Notes: a model not told the origin generated them from the letters alone. Shown: positions 35,839 to 46,027, counted from the stretch's first letter. The stretch: DNA of 64,000 nucleotides from Candidatus Latescibacterota bacterium (GCA_965197905.1 CBDAOB010000005.1:896001-960000); one strand, 5' to 3'. Made by a program: numbers and translations.

Positions 35839-36270
35839 TTAGGGCTCCGCCGGTGACCAGTTCTGCGTCGACCCCGTCGAGTCGGTCAAGAGCAATGAAC
35901 CGCTGGCGGTAAGCGCCCAGCTCACCTCGCTCACCGCGCCGGCAAAGAAAGCCCCTCGCAGCACCAGCGACTCATCCTCGACTTCCCAAGAGCCGGGAAA
36001 ACTCACGCTTCCCCCGCTGGAAAGCTCGACTACCATGCGCAGGGTGCCGTCTGCCTCCAATGTCATCACGATCTCCACCTCACCCAAGCGCTCGTGAGTG
36101 CCGGAGGTCTGCCAGGTTCCGACCAGGGGATGAGCGGCTACAACCGGCTCCGGGTTGTTTCCCAAATCCAGCTCGGGCTCTTTTGAGCTGGAATCACAGC
36201 CAGATGCCGCGAGCGAAACCAGCAGCATGACGGCCAAGCCCAACGAAGTCGACGGTTTTCGCATGGTCAC
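35839..36270 (-). CDS. Small lipoprotein (lipocalin-like beta domain)
   Basis: Lipobox ASGC; LVGTWQ and PGSWEV motifs; overlaps the stop of the upstream gene. Confidence 0.7.
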   Translation of the reverse strand: MTMRKPSTSLGLAVMLLVSLAASGCDSSSKEPELDLGNNPEPVVAAHPLVGTWQTSGTHERLGEVEIVMTLEADGTLRMVVELSSGGSVSFPGSWEVEDESLVLRGAFFAGAVSEVSWALTASGSLLLTDSTGSTQNWSPAEP

Positions 36271-38822
36271 CTGGCCCGAAGCCTGCGGGCGAGTGCCTCG
36301 GCCATCTGGGCGCTCTTGGGATCGCCAAGTTCGGAAAATTCTCGGCTCAGGTGAGCGAGGACGTCCGCTCCTGTTCCGGGCAGGCGGGTCTCGAGGAGCT
36401 GTCTATAAACCTTGAGTGCGCTAGATGGGTCATCGAATTCTCTATGGAGTCGCGCCAACGAGAGGTAGGCGTCGACCTGGTCGACGCCCAGGTCGAGGGC
36501 GCGGGAGAATGACTGGAGCGCCTGACTCTCCAAACCGCCGTCGAGGTAGACGCCGCCGAGGTAGACGCCGCCGAGGTTGTGGTGCAGGATCGGATTCACC
36601 GGATCCTGTTGCAAAGCGTGCAAATAAGCGCGTTCAGCTCCCGAAAGGTCTCCAAGGCCTCTGAGGGCCGTGCCCAGGTTGGCATGGGCTCGTGGATCAT
36701 CGGGAGCAAGATGAATCGATTTTTCGTAGAGGGGCACCGCTTTCTTCAGCTCTCCGACGGCGTAAAAGAGATTACCTGCGGTGTAGAACAGCTGGGGGTC
36801 AGGATGTCGCTGTGCCGCCTCCCGGATCATCTCATCAACCCGCTGCCAATTTCCTTCCAAAACCAGCAGCTCCAGCAGCCCCACGCGGATCTCGGTCCGG
36901 TCGGGAAAAGCGAGCACGCCCCTTTGCAGCGAGGCGATACGCAGCTCGCGCTCCTCGGTCAGCCGATATAGGTCGGCAAGCAGCAGATACAGGAAGGGGG
37001 TAGGGAGCACGACCAACGCCCGTTGGCACATCTCGATTGCGGCAACGACATCGCCGGCGGCACGCAACGCCAGGGCAGCCTGATGCAGTGGTCTGCTGTC
37101 GAACGGCGAATCCGCCGACCTTCGGACGGCGATGTCCGCGGCTTCTCGATACCTTTTCAGACCCATGAGGGTCTTATACTTACCCTCCAAGCTGTTGGCG
37201 CGGTCCGGATCGAGCTGCAGTGAACTCTGGAAGGCTTTTAATGCCCTGGCAAGTTTGCCCTCCGACAGAAAGCGGTTGCCCAGATAGTCGAACGCAACGG
37301 TCATGACATGCTTGTAGGTATCCGTTTGCCCCGAGGCCTCAGCGTATCGTTCAAGGCCGGTGATGATCTGAAGGCCCTGACCTCGAACCGCCGAATCCCC
37401 GTCCAGACTCAGAGCGGCGCCAAAAACCGAGTTGAGCTGGGGGTCGTCCGGGAAGACGGCGAGTCCCTCGCTAAGCGGGGTTTGGTAGTCGCCGCCCGAG
37501 ATCAGCGTCGATATCACCAGGGACAGGTAGGAGGCGTTGAGGGGAATGACGTCGGGCCCCCGATCGATGGCCCTGCGAAACTGCTCGCGTGCGGTATTGG
37601 TTTCCTTGATGGAGAAGTAATAGCGCGCTGACGCGTAATATCCTAGGGCTTCCGCCTTCTTGATCCCCACGTAGCTCGAGGCCAGCAGTGCGACACACCC
37701 GACGACGAAGGTCGCCCTGCCTGCTACCGCGTAGCGTGCGCCCACCAAGAAGCAAGCCCTTTGCAGGGCCAGAGCAGTCAAAGCGCAGCTTCCGACGCTG
37801 CCGAAATAGAGATAGCGGGCGATGCCTTCGTGCACCAGAGCCAGCGGCAGGAACGGAGCGAGGAAGAGGAAGGTCCAAAGCGACCAGCGAGAAGCGTGTT
37901 CGACATGTTTCCAGATCGTCCAGGCCAACAGCAGCGCCGCCACCGCTCCCACCATCTTCTCCCACGCCGGTTGCTCGTGAAACGGAAAATTCAGCCAGTG
38001 CGCGGAGGCAGCCAGGCGGCCAAGCAGCCAGAAAAGCGCCCCCGCAAGCTCCTGGGTCAGGGAACCCACATCCTTGGACAAATTGCCCTCGATGGCGATC
38101 CAGGTAGTCGTTCGCACCGACGTCATGGTCGGAACCGCCACGGCGACGGCGGCGCAGATGGCTCCAAGCGGAATTAGCCTGCGCGCGGCTGCCATCAGGG
38201 TTTCTCCTTGGCGCCAGGAGAGGTATACGCAAAACGGTAACAGCATCACCAAGGCTATGTGGGCGAATAGGCTAACGAGGATGGCCAGATGAAAACCGGC
38301 CAACCAGGAGCGGGTGCGGGTGTCGACGAATCGGAGATAGCACAGGACACATGCGAAGGCGAATATCAATGCCAGAGGGTAGTCAAGCGCAGTTATCCAG
38401 CCCACGGTAGCCACGTGGGCCACATTGACCAGGAAGAGCACCCCTCCGAGCAAGCTCAACTCGAGATTCATGCCAAGCTTCCGGCAAGCCAACGCCATCG
38501 AAAGGCTGGCAAGGGTGTGCAGCACCACCACTACCATGTGGTATACGCCCGGATCGTTGCCCCAGATCACGGATGGAAACCATTTAACGAATTCGGGTAT
38601 CGGTCGTCCGGAACCGACCCCTTTTTCTTCGGGTGGGGCGAACAGATACCAGAAGTTCTCACTGGTCTTGATGTTGTCACGGAAGTGATTCTGATCGTCT
38701 ATCTGGAGTAGATGCTCCCGGAGGCTGCCGAAGTTGACTGCCGCCAGGAGAACCACGAAAGAGATGTAGAACACCCACGTGAGGGTTCTGTCTGGTACGC
38801 GGAAATGGCACGAGCTGGACAA
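36267..38822 (-). CDS. Membrane protein with GT-C/TMTC-like N-terminal domain and C-terminal TPR repeats
   Basis: DD motif (QIDDQ) after TM1, about 11 TM segments, RYLY motif, multiple TPRs (AHANLGTAL, HHNLG). Confidence 0.8.
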   Translation of the reverse strand: MSSSCHFRVPDRTLTWVFYISFVVLLAAVNFGSLREHLLQIDDQNHFRDNIKTSENFWYLFAPPEEKGVGSGRPIPEFVKWFPSVIWGNDPGVYHMVVVVLHTLASLSMALACRKLGMNLELSLLGGVLFLVNVAHVATVGWITALDYPLALIFAFACVLCYLRFVDTRTRSWLAGFHLAILVSLFAHIALVMLLPFCVYLSWRQGETLMAAARRLIPLGAICAAVAVAVPTMTSVRTTTWIAIEGNLSKDVGSLTQELAGALFWLLGRLAASAHWLNFPFHEQPAWEKMVGAVAALLLAWTIWKHVEHASRWSLWTFLFLAPFLPLALVHEGIARYLYFGSVGSCALTALALQRACFLVGARYAVAGRATFVVGCVALLASSYVGIKKAEALGYYASARYYFSIKETNTAREQFRRAIDRGPDVIPLNASYLSLVISTLISGGDYQTPLSEGLAVFPDDPQLNSVFGAALSLDGDSAVRGQGLQIITGLERYAEASGQTDTYKHVMTVAFDYLGNRFLSEGKLARALKAFQSSLQLDPDRANSLEGKYKTLMGLKRYREAADIAVRRSADSPFDSRPLHQAALALRAAGDVVAAIEMCQRALVVLPTPFLYLLLADLYRLTEERELRIASLQRGVLAFPDRTEIRVGLLELLVLEGNWQRVDEMIREAAQRHPDPQLFYTAGNLFYAVGELKKAVPLYEKSIHLAPDDPRAHANLGTALRGLGDLSGAERAYLHALQQDPVNPILHHNLGGVYLGGVYLDGGLESQALQSFSRALDLGVDQVDAYLSLARLHREFDDPSSALKVYRQLLETRLPGTGADVLAHLSREFSELGDPKSAQMAEALARRLRAR
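36542..36577. repeat. Perfect 15-bp tandem repeat (CGAGGTAGACGCCGC x2.4), in frame, encoding LGGVY-LGGVY-L
   Basis: Read directly from the sequence. Confidence 0.9.
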
Positions 38823-38896
38823 AAAAGTTCAGGTGCAGCTAGGAGGGGACAGGCAAAGTTCCGTTTGCTGGCTCATTGAATGGCGTCGTGCTCTCA

Positions 38897-40237
38897 TCAA
38901 CACAGCTCGCTCAAAGCGTCCCGCAAGCTCTTGTCGATCAGGTCAGCGAGCTCGTCGATGTCCGCTTCGCGGGCGACGAGCGCTGGACCGACAGCAAACC
39001 AGGTCGGATCTATACGCATAATCAGGCCGTTGCGCAGGGCCGTTCGCTTCAAGGTCGAACCCAATTCTGGAAAGGGTTGCGACGGATCCCCGTCCTTAAT
39101 GAGGTCGACGCCGAGCAACATGCCGCGTCCGCGCACTTCGCCGACTACGCCCAGGTGTCGCAATGCCTCGAGCTTGCCAACCAGATAGTCGCCCAGCCCG
39201 CGCGTTTTTTGCGGCAAACGGTTCTCCACCAGTTCGTCGACGACCGCGACGCCGACCGCACAGCCCATCGGATTGTTGGCGTAGGTGTGCCCATGAGCGA
39301 AATTCAAGCTGTCTTCGGCCCCCCCCTCGAACGCCTTCGCCATACGCTCGTGAGCGATCATGGCGGCCAACGGGATAGCTCCATTGGAGATCGCCTTGCC
39401 GCAACAGATGATGTCGGGGATAATCTCGAAGGTCTGGGCGGCGAACATCGACCCGGTGCGCCCGAAACCGTTGATGATCTCGTCGAAGATCAGGACGACA
39501 TTGTGGCGGTCGCAGATCTCCCGCAGCAACTTGAAATACTCCGATGTAGGGGTGATTACACCGCCGGTCAGTCCGATCGGCTCGAGAATCACGCCCGCCA
39601 CCGTATTCGGGTCTTCGCCGATTATTACATCTTCGACGATCTCGGCGGCAAAACGGTTGCACTCCTCCCAGCTGTCGAAGCGATCCCGGTAATGGGTCGG
39701 GGGAAATACCTTCAAGAACCCACTCATCTGGGGCTCAAAGGGGGCTTTGCGCGCTCCCGTGCCGCTGGCGGCCATGGCGCCCATGGTGCCTCCGTGATAT
39801 CCCTGGTAGCGGCTAATGAATTTGTACTTGCCGGGACATCCGGTCTGCTTGCAATACTGTCGGGTGAATTTCAACGCCGATTCCATCGCCTCCGAGCCGC
39901 CGCTATAGGTCTTCACAAAGTTGAGGCCGGCAGGTGTTACCGATCCAAGCTTCTCGATGAAATCCAGGGCGACGTCCGCGACTCCGTGCATGGGTGGTGC
40001 AAAACTGAGCCTCGACGCCTGTTGTTTCAGGGCGTCAATGACCCGGGGGTGACCGTGTCCGAGGATGGCGACAAAGATGCCACCGATACCGTCGAAGTAC
40101 CGTTTCTGCTCGACGTCCCAGTAGTACAACCCTTCGGCCTTGTCGATGATCAGGGGTTGCTGCAGGAATCGTTCGGTGGGCTGGTAGTCGAGAAAGGTGT
40201 TTCGCAGCAACGAAATCCGGCGAGCGTCTATGCTCAT
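38897..40237 (-). CDS. Class III PLP aminotransferase (omega-amino acid / BioA-like)
   Basis: LGHGHP, SGGSEAME, YHGGT, IFDEIINGFGRTG, PDIICCGKAISNG, HGHTY. Confidence 0.92.
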   Translation of the reverse strand: MSIDARRISLLRNTFLDYQPTERFLQQPLIIDKAEGLYYWDVEQKRYFDGIGGIFVAILGHGHPRVIDALKQQASRLSFAPPMHGVADVALDFIEKLGSVTPAGLNFVKTYSGGSEAMESALKFTRQYCKQTGCPGKYKFISRYQGYHGGTMGAMAASGTGARKAPFEPQMSGFLKVFPPTHYRDRFDSWEECNRFAAEIVEDVIIGEDPNTVAGVILEPIGLTGGVITPTSEYFKLLREICDRHNVVLIFDEIINGFGRTGSMFAAQTFEIIPDIICCGKAISNGAIPLAAMIAHERMAKAFEGGAEDSLNFAHGHTYANNPMGCAVGVAVVDELVENRLPQKTRGLGDYLVGKLEALRHLGVVGEVRGRGMLLGVDLIKDGDPSQPFPELGSTLKRTALRNGLIMRIDPTWFAVGPALVAREADIDELADLIDKSLRDALSELC

Positions 40238-40250
40238 CTCCTGGGAGCTC

Positions 40251-41450
40251 CTACGTTTCGTCGGGAGTGCAAAAGCCTACCGCCGTCAACGCAAATACCT
40301 GCGCCGCGCGCGCGAGTTCAGCGATCGGTACGCATTCGTAAACGGTGTGAGCGCCGGTGCTGCCTGGGCCGTGGGTCAATACGGGGACTCCGGCGAGTTC
40401 GGCATACGTGTTGCCGTCGTCTACAAACGGCTTGCCCGCAAGGGGGAGTGCCTGGCCGCAAACCGTACGGTGAGCATCCTGAAAGGCATGAATGAAAGGG
40501 TTCTCCGGGTTCACGTGGAAGGCGTCGCCGCGAGTGCCGAAATCCACCTCCATACGGGTTTTGGTGCTGGCAGCGACCTCGCGGAGAATTTCATCGATCT
40601 CAGCTTTTGCCATAACCTCGGCTCCGGGCTCGACCCAGCGGCGCGTGCCCTTGAGGTAGCACTCGGTGGCGGCTTGATTGTAGATCTCGCCGCAGCTGAA
40701 CGATCCCAGAAACAGGGAGTCAAGACCGGAATATGGGTGCGAGCGCTTCGCCACTACCGCTCCCAGTTCTCTTAGTCTCCGGGCCAGTTCCACACCGGCT
40801 CCGAGCACGTCGGGCAAACCATCCGGCCGCAGGACCTCGTGTACCGGATCGCCATCGCGGCTAACCGTGAACTCGAGGATTGCCATACCGCGCCCGGCGA
40901 TCGGCAGATGTGTCGACAGGTATTCGGGAAACAGAACGGCGTCTCCGGTGTAGCCCTCCTCGATCAGCGCGACGACCTGGCGGCGATCGCCCCACGGACC
41001 TTCGTGATGATCGTGGGCGGTCAGCAACACGCTTCCCGCCGGCAGGCAGTCGAGGTCGCGCAGCACCCGCATCGCTTCCACGCACGCGGCGAGGCCACCC
41101 TTCATGTCGGCCGCTCCCGAGCCGTAGAGATTCCCTCCATCTTCCCGGGGAGGCACAAACGGCAGATGTACCGTGTCCAGATGGCCGTCGAACTGCATCA
41201 CCTTCCCCGGTTTCCCCGATTTCAGGCGCGCAACTACGGCGGGCGACTCGGGCCAGTTCGCCACCGGACGTTCCACCTGGAAGCCGTCCTGCCGCAGGAT
41301 CGACTCGAGGCGATCGGCGGCCGCCCCGGCACTCAAGGTCGGGCTGGGGATCTCAATTAGAGATGTGGCCGTCTCAACCAGCCGAGCAACATCAATGGCC
41401 TTACCAACATCCTGGGTGGGAAGCCGGTTACTCACAGCGGGACTGCTCAT
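40251..41450 (-). CDS. M20 family metallopeptidase/amidohydrolase (ArgE/DapE-like)
   Basis: DGHLDTV, YGSGAADMKGG, C-terminal GPG...AHTVYE. The usual EE motif reads DHHE. Confidence 0.88.
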   Translation of the reverse strand: MSSPAVSNRLPTQDVGKAIDVARLVETATSLIEIPSPTLSAGAAADRLESILRQDGFQVERPVANWPESPAVVARLKSGKPGKVMQFDGHLDTVHLPFVPPREDGGNLYGSGAADMKGGLAACVEAMRVLRDLDCLPAGSVLLTAHDHHEGPWGDRRQVVALIEEGYTGDAVLFPEYLSTHLPIAGRGMAILEFTVSRDGDPVHEVLRPDGLPDVLGAGVELARRLRELGAVVAKRSHPYSGLDSLFLGSFSCGEIYNQAATECYLKGTRRWVEPGAEVMAKAEIDEILREVAASTKTRMEVDFGTRGDAFHVNPENPFIHAFQDAHRTVCGQALPLAGKPFVDDGNTYAELAGVPVLTHGPGSTGAHTVYECVPIAELARAAQVFALTAVGFCTPDET

Positions 41451-41574
41451 TTGCAAATTGCCACAGGATGGGCAAGTTTATTGGCTCGGTACGTGAATGG
41501 CCGAAAAACGCACTGCAACGGTGCGAATACGAAGCCCTTTTCCGATTATACAGTCAAGTTTTCAGGAGTATTCA

Positions 41575-42633
41575 ATGCCCCAGTTTTCCGCAGAAGAGTT
41601 GGTAGACGCCGCGGCCACCGCGTTGCAAGCCGCGGGTGCTTCACCAGAGAATGCCAGCGTCGTCGCTCGGCTACTGACCGAGGCCAATCAGACCGGTCAC
41701 GATTCCCACGGAGTGATTCGTCTCCCTCAGTACCTGCAGGCGGTTGACGATGGAGATATGATACCAGACGCCGAAATAACCATTCCGCATGAAAATCCGA
41801 TTACCGCCGTGGTCGACGGGAACTGGGGATTCGGACAGGTGACGATGACGCGCGCTGTGGAAATGGGGTTGGAAAAAGCGGCAAAGAGCGGGCTTGCTGC
41901 TGTTGCCGTGCGCGGAGCCAACCACATCGGCCGCGTTGGCAGCTATGCGGACCACTGCGCCCGCGAGGGCATGGTGGCACTGCTGTTCGTCAACGCAGTG
42001 GGGATTCCGGCGTACCGCATGGCACCCTGGGGCGGCACCGAATCGCGTCTGGCCACAGATCCTATGGCTTTCGGCATACCCGCGCCTGGAGGTGATCCGG
42101 TGGTAATCGACATGACCACCACCGTAGTCGCCGAAGGCAAGGTGCGCCTCAAGCGGAATCGTGGCGAGCAAACTCCAGACGGTTGGCTCCAGGATGCCGA
42201 GGGCAATCCCACCACAGACCCGACTGTGCTCTACGAGGCGCCGTACGGCAGCATCCTTCCGCTTGGGGGAACGACCGCCGGCCACAAAGGGTACGGGCTG
42301 AACGTGGCGTTAGAGTTGCTCGGGGGTGCTCTCAGCGGGACCGGCTGTGTCAGTGTCGAGGGTCGCCTGGCCAATGGGGTCTTGCTGGTCCTGCTCGACG
42401 TCGAGCAGTTCATGCCGCTGGACGATTATTTCCGGAGTGCCACTACCTTCATTGAACATGTGAAATCCTCGCCGCCGGCCACCGGAGTGGACGAGATTCT
42501 CCTTCCCGGCGAGATCGAGCAGAAGGTGAAGCGGCAACGGGAAGCCGACGGCATCTACATAGAGGAAGAGACCTGCCGGCAGGTGGCGGAATGGGGGAAG
42601 AAGCTCGGAGTCGAGCTCGGTATGAAGGTCTGA
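41575..42633 (+). CDS. Ldh_2 family oxidoreductase (type 2 malate/L-lactate/ureidoglycolate dehydrogenase-like)
   Basis: GHDSHG, DGNWGFGQ, NHIGR, DMTTT, GHKGYGL, LPGE. AGGAG RBS before ATG 41575. Confidence 0.92.
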   Translation: MPQFSAEELVDAAATALQAAGASPENASVVARLLTEANQTGHDSHGVIRLPQYLQAVDDGDMIPDAEITIPHENPITAVVDGNWGFGQVTMTRAVEMGLEKAAKSGLAAVAVRGANHIGRVGSYADHCAREGMVALLFVNAVGIPAYRMAPWGGTESRLATDPMAFGIPAPGGDPVVIDMTTTVVAEGKVRLKRNRGEQTPDGWLQDAEGNPTTDPTVLYEAPYGSILPLGGTTAGHKGYGLNVALELLGGALSGTGCVSVEGRLANGVLLVLLDVEQFMPLDDYFRSATTFIEHVKSSPPATGVDEILLPGEIEQKVKRQREADGIYIEEETCRQVAEWGKKLGVELGMKV

Positions 42634-42681
42634 CAGGCGGGGCGCCCGAATCGAAATGCTAAAAGGCGGAAAAGTTGAATT

Positions 42682-43584
42682 ATGAGCACCACGATCATGA
42701 GCAACATCTCGGATTACATCGATTGCACCGATCTGCTGGGCCGACCGGAAGTGCTGCGCGAGGCTGCCGGGGAGCGCGGGTACCTCTGCTTTCGGGCGCT
42801 GCTTCCCGCCGAGGACATTCAGCTGGTGCGCCGGGAGGTATTGCAGGTGGCCGAGCGTCACGAGTTCCTGGCACCGGGAACGAAGGCGGAGGAGGGGGTC
42901 GCTCGCCCGGGAGTTTTCATGTCCGAAAACGACCCGAGTCCGGAATTCAGGCTATTCTACAACGACGTGCAGAAACTCAGAAGCTTTCACGAATTCGGGC
43001 AGCACCCGATCATCCTGCAAGTCCTGGATCAACTCTTCGGTGAGACGATTCTGGTTCACCCACGACATATCTGCCACACCGTTTTTCCCGGTGATCGCAA
43101 GCTCACGACACCCCCGCACCAGGATTTCTTTCCGGTCCGCGGCAGCGAGAATACGTGGACGGTGTGGACCCCCATCGGGGACTGCGGTGCAGAGCTTGGG
43201 GGCGGATTGGGATTTGTCGTGGGCTCCAACCGGGCCGAGTTACTGGACCACGAGATGACGATGATGACGTGCGAGGTCGATGAGAAAGCCGAATGGGCCT
43301 GGAGCCCGATGGAATGCGGTGACGTCATCATGTTCAACAGCCTCACGATCCACCAGGCGCGCGACAACGAAACCGATGATCGCATCCGCGTCGCCACCAG
43401 CTTCCGCAATCAAGCGGCCAGTCAACCGGTGGATGAACACACCTTCATACCCCACATGCGCTGGATCGATTGGGAGGAGGTCTACGCTGATTGGCCCGCG
43501 GACGACCCGCTCAGATATTACTGGAAGAAACTGGATCTGGACATTCGTCCGCATTGGCGCGGCCAGGAAGCCGCAAAACCGTAG
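42682..43584 (+). CDS. Phytanoyl-CoA dioxygenase (PhyH) family Fe(II)/2-oxoglutarate oxygenase
   Basis: TPPHQD, TVWTPI, GDVIMFNSLTIH, R in the final strand. Confidence 0.9.
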   Translation: MSTTIMSNISDYIDCTDLLGRPEVLREAAGERGYLCFRALLPAEDIQLVRREVLQVAERHEFLAPGTKAEEGVARPGVFMSENDPSPEFRLFYNDVQKLRSFHEFGQHPIILQVLDQLFGETILVHPRHICHTVFPGDRKLTTPPHQDFFPVRGSENTWTVWTPIGDCGAELGGGLGFVVGSNRAELLDHEMTMMTCEVDEKAEWAWSPMECGDVIMFNSLTIHQARDNETDDRIRVATSFRNQAASQPVDEHTFIPHMRWIDWEEVYADWPADDPLRYYWKKLDLDIRPHWRGQEAAKP

Positions 43585-43586
43585 TC

Positions 43587-44594
43587 CTATTCAGGCCACA
43601 CCTTCTCAAAGAGCCGCAACCAATTTCCACCCAACAGCTTCTTGGTATCTTCCGCAGAATAACCCCTTTTCAGGAGGGCAGCAGTGAGGTTCGGCCACTC
43701 GGCCGGTGTCTCCATCCCTTTGGGCTGAAAGGATTCCTCGGTGTAGCGCATGGACGGGTCGGAGAAGGTGGAGGGAAATTTCGTTCCCTGCTGGCCAGCA
43801 ATGAAGTGCCAGAAAGGGAGCTCCTGGTCCTGAGTCGCATCCGTGCCGACGCCCACCTGATCGATCCCCATTCGCTGCACGAGGTCGTCGATGGAGTCGA
43901 CAAAATCGTCCACCGTGGACGCCGATTTCCGCGGTAGGAACGAAGTGAATGCGCAGGCGCCGATAACTCCGTCGCGCTCGGCCAGCAGCTTCAGCGCGTC
44001 ATCTGTCTTGTTTCGCGGGTGATCGCAGAAGCTGCGAGCGTTTGCATGGGTGATCGCCACCGGCTTTTCCGAACGTTCGATCGTCTCCAGGGTCGTGCGG
44101 TCGCCACAGTGGGACAGATCGATCAGGATACCGAGCTGGTTCATCTCCCGCACCGCGTCTACCCCGAAGTTGCTCAACCCCTCATCCTGTCGTTCCATGC
44201 AGCCGTTGCCCAGCAGGTTGCGTTCGTGGTAGGTTACCTGAATCACGCCCACGCCGAGGGCGCGGAAGAGGCCGAGCCGATCCAGGTCGTTCTCGATGGG
44301 TGATGCGTTCTGAAAGCCGAGGATGATTCCGGTCCTGCCCAGTTCCTTGGCGCGGCGAATATCGCCTGCGTTGAGCACGCGATGGATATCGGAGCGTTCT
44401 CGAAAACGACGAATCCAGGCGGTGACGTCGGCCATGGTTTGATGAAAATTCTCCCAAGTGGCGAGGGTGGCGTTTATGGCCGAAATCCCGCCCGCCTGCA
44501 GGCATTGGAAAACGCGATCACTGTCCCAGTTGCTTACGTTCAGGGCGTCGATGACGATGGCCTCTTGGTGAACAGAGCGGCTGTCCGGGTTCAT
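43587..44594 (-). CDS. Membrane dipeptidase (peptidase M19) family protein
   Basis: GILIDLSH, ITHAN, HPRNKTD, VGVGTD, LLGGNWLR. N-terminus reads IDALN rather than DxHxD. Confidence 0.88.
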   Translation of the reverse strand: MNPDSRSVHQEAIVIDALNVSNWDSDRVFQCLQAGGISAINATLATWENFHQTMADVTAWIRRFRERSDIHRVLNAGDIRRAKELGRTGIILGFQNASPIENDLDRLGLFRALGVGVIQVTYHERNLLGNGCMERQDEGLSNFGVDAVREMNQLGILIDLSHCGDRTTLETIERSEKPVAITHANARSFCDHPRNKTDDALKLLAERDGVIGACAFTSFLPRKSASTVDDFVDSIDDLVQRMGIDQVGVGTDATQDQELPFWHFIAGQQGTKFPSTFSDPSMRYTEESFQPKGMETPAEWPNLTAALLKRGYSAEDTKKLLGGNWLRLFEKVWPE

Positions 44595-44746
44595 GGTCTT
44601 ATCCGTGTTGAGGTGATCTTGAATAGGCAGATGGGGATGGAGTACGGTGGCCTGGGCAGACGGACCCAATGTCCTCGGGGCGTATTACCAGCACTACAGC
44701 GATTTATTCAGAGAACGGAATCACACTGACTGTCTTCGGCCGGCGC

Positions 44747-45658
44747 TCAATCCTCGTAGTTGATCGGCGTCGTCCAGCGCTCTTCTTCGTGGGCGTCCCA
44801 GTAGCTCTGTCGCAACCTCAAGGTAAGCTCTCCTGGCTTACCCGTGCCGACCGGTTTGCCGTCCAGCTTGGTGACCGGCATCACGCCTCCGGCCGTGCTG
44901 GTGATGAATACCTCCTCGGCGTCTAAGAGCTGGTCCCGCTGGATGTCCGTCGTTGCCGTATCCAGGTCTTGTTCCGCGGCCAGCTCCAAGACGGTTCTCC
45001 GCGTAATTCCGTGAAGAACCCCGGATGCCGGTGTTCGGAGCTTACCCTGGTCCCAGACGAAGAGATTGAACCCTGGGCCCTCGGTCACGATTCCCTGCGG
45101 ATCGGTGAGCAGCACCGACTCGCCGCCCCGCTCGTACGCCTCGAACAGACCCCGAACCATATCCCCCCAGTGAAAGTTCTTGACCGTCGGGTCGACCGAA
45201 GACGGAGGAATGCGAAAGGACTCATTGGAGATCACCAGATGTATCCCGGTCGTCTCCTGCGCATCCGGCTTTACCAGCCATACATACGGCACGGCGTAAG
45301 CGTAATACCGATTCTCCATGAGACGGGGATCCCGCACTCCGGGAAGCGCGATCCCCCGGGTTAGAATCATAGCTACATAAGCGTCGCGAATGCCGGTGTT
45401 GCGCACGCACTGAAAGAGAATATCCTGCATCTCGTCAGGGGACATCTTGGGATTCATGTGCAGCGACTTCCAGCTCGCCTCGAAGCGGGCGAAATGGTCG
45501 TCCAGACGGAAGAATTTGCCTTTCCAGACGGCGACCACGTCGTAGGTGACGTCAGATCGGAGGAAACCCATGTCGATGATGGGCACCGTGGCTTCGGTAA
45601 ATGGCATGTAGCTGCCGTCCACCCATGCACATCCGTTTTCGAATCGTTCCTCTCTCAT
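44747..45658 (-). CDS. Class IV PLP aminotransferase, (R)-selective amine transaminase-like
   Basis: GFLRSDVTYDV, AYVAMI, PTVKNFHWGD, TEGPGFN, LHGITR, STAGG. Confidence 0.85.
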   Translation of the reverse strand: MREERFENGCAWVDGSYMPFTEATVPIIDMGFLRSDVTYDVVAVWKGKFFRLDDHFARFEASWKSLHMNPKMSPDEMQDILFQCVRNTGIRDAYVAMILTRGIALPGVRDPRLMENRYYAYAVPYVWLVKPDAQETTGIHLVISNESFRIPPSSVDPTVKNFHWGDMVRGLFEAYERGGESVLLTDPQGIVTEGPGFNLFVWDQGKLRTPASGVLHGITRRTVLELAAEQDLDTATTDIQRDQLLDAEEVFITSTAGGVMPVTKLDGKPVGTGKPGELTLRLRQSYWDAHEEERWTTPINYED

Positions 45659-46027
45659 ACCTCAACTCTTAGCAGGATAGGCGTATGCGCCGTGGTTGAC
45701 TGGTTGCCCGATCTACATGTGATCGCACCAATCAAACAAATTGCCGCTGTTTCGTCGATGTCGGAGGAGGTCGGTAGACGGGTGGGAGTCAGATGTGTAG
45801 AATTGGGCACAAAAAACGCCGACACGCGAAGCGGGATATGATAGAGTGGTCTTCGGGTCGGCGTATTTTGCGACGTATGATCGTCTACTATTAGTTATCG
45901 GCCGATCCGCGAAATCCTTTGTGACCCCGATCACACACGGAATCCAGTTTTGCTTCGCGCCGAAACGCCGGCGGTTTCTCAACAGGCATGGACCTCGCCG
46001 CGGCGATTCTTGGGGAATGGGGCACGT

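Noticed and set aside
38876..40495. 539-aa plus-strand ORF
   Set aside because: Antisense shadow of the class III aminotransferase and M20 genes, with no recognisable motifs. Typical of high-GC DNA.
45659..46027. 369-bp divergent intergenic region as an ncRNA or small-gene locus
   Set aside because: No convincing structure, known RNA motif or RBS-supported ORF seen by eye. A covariance-model search would be needed.
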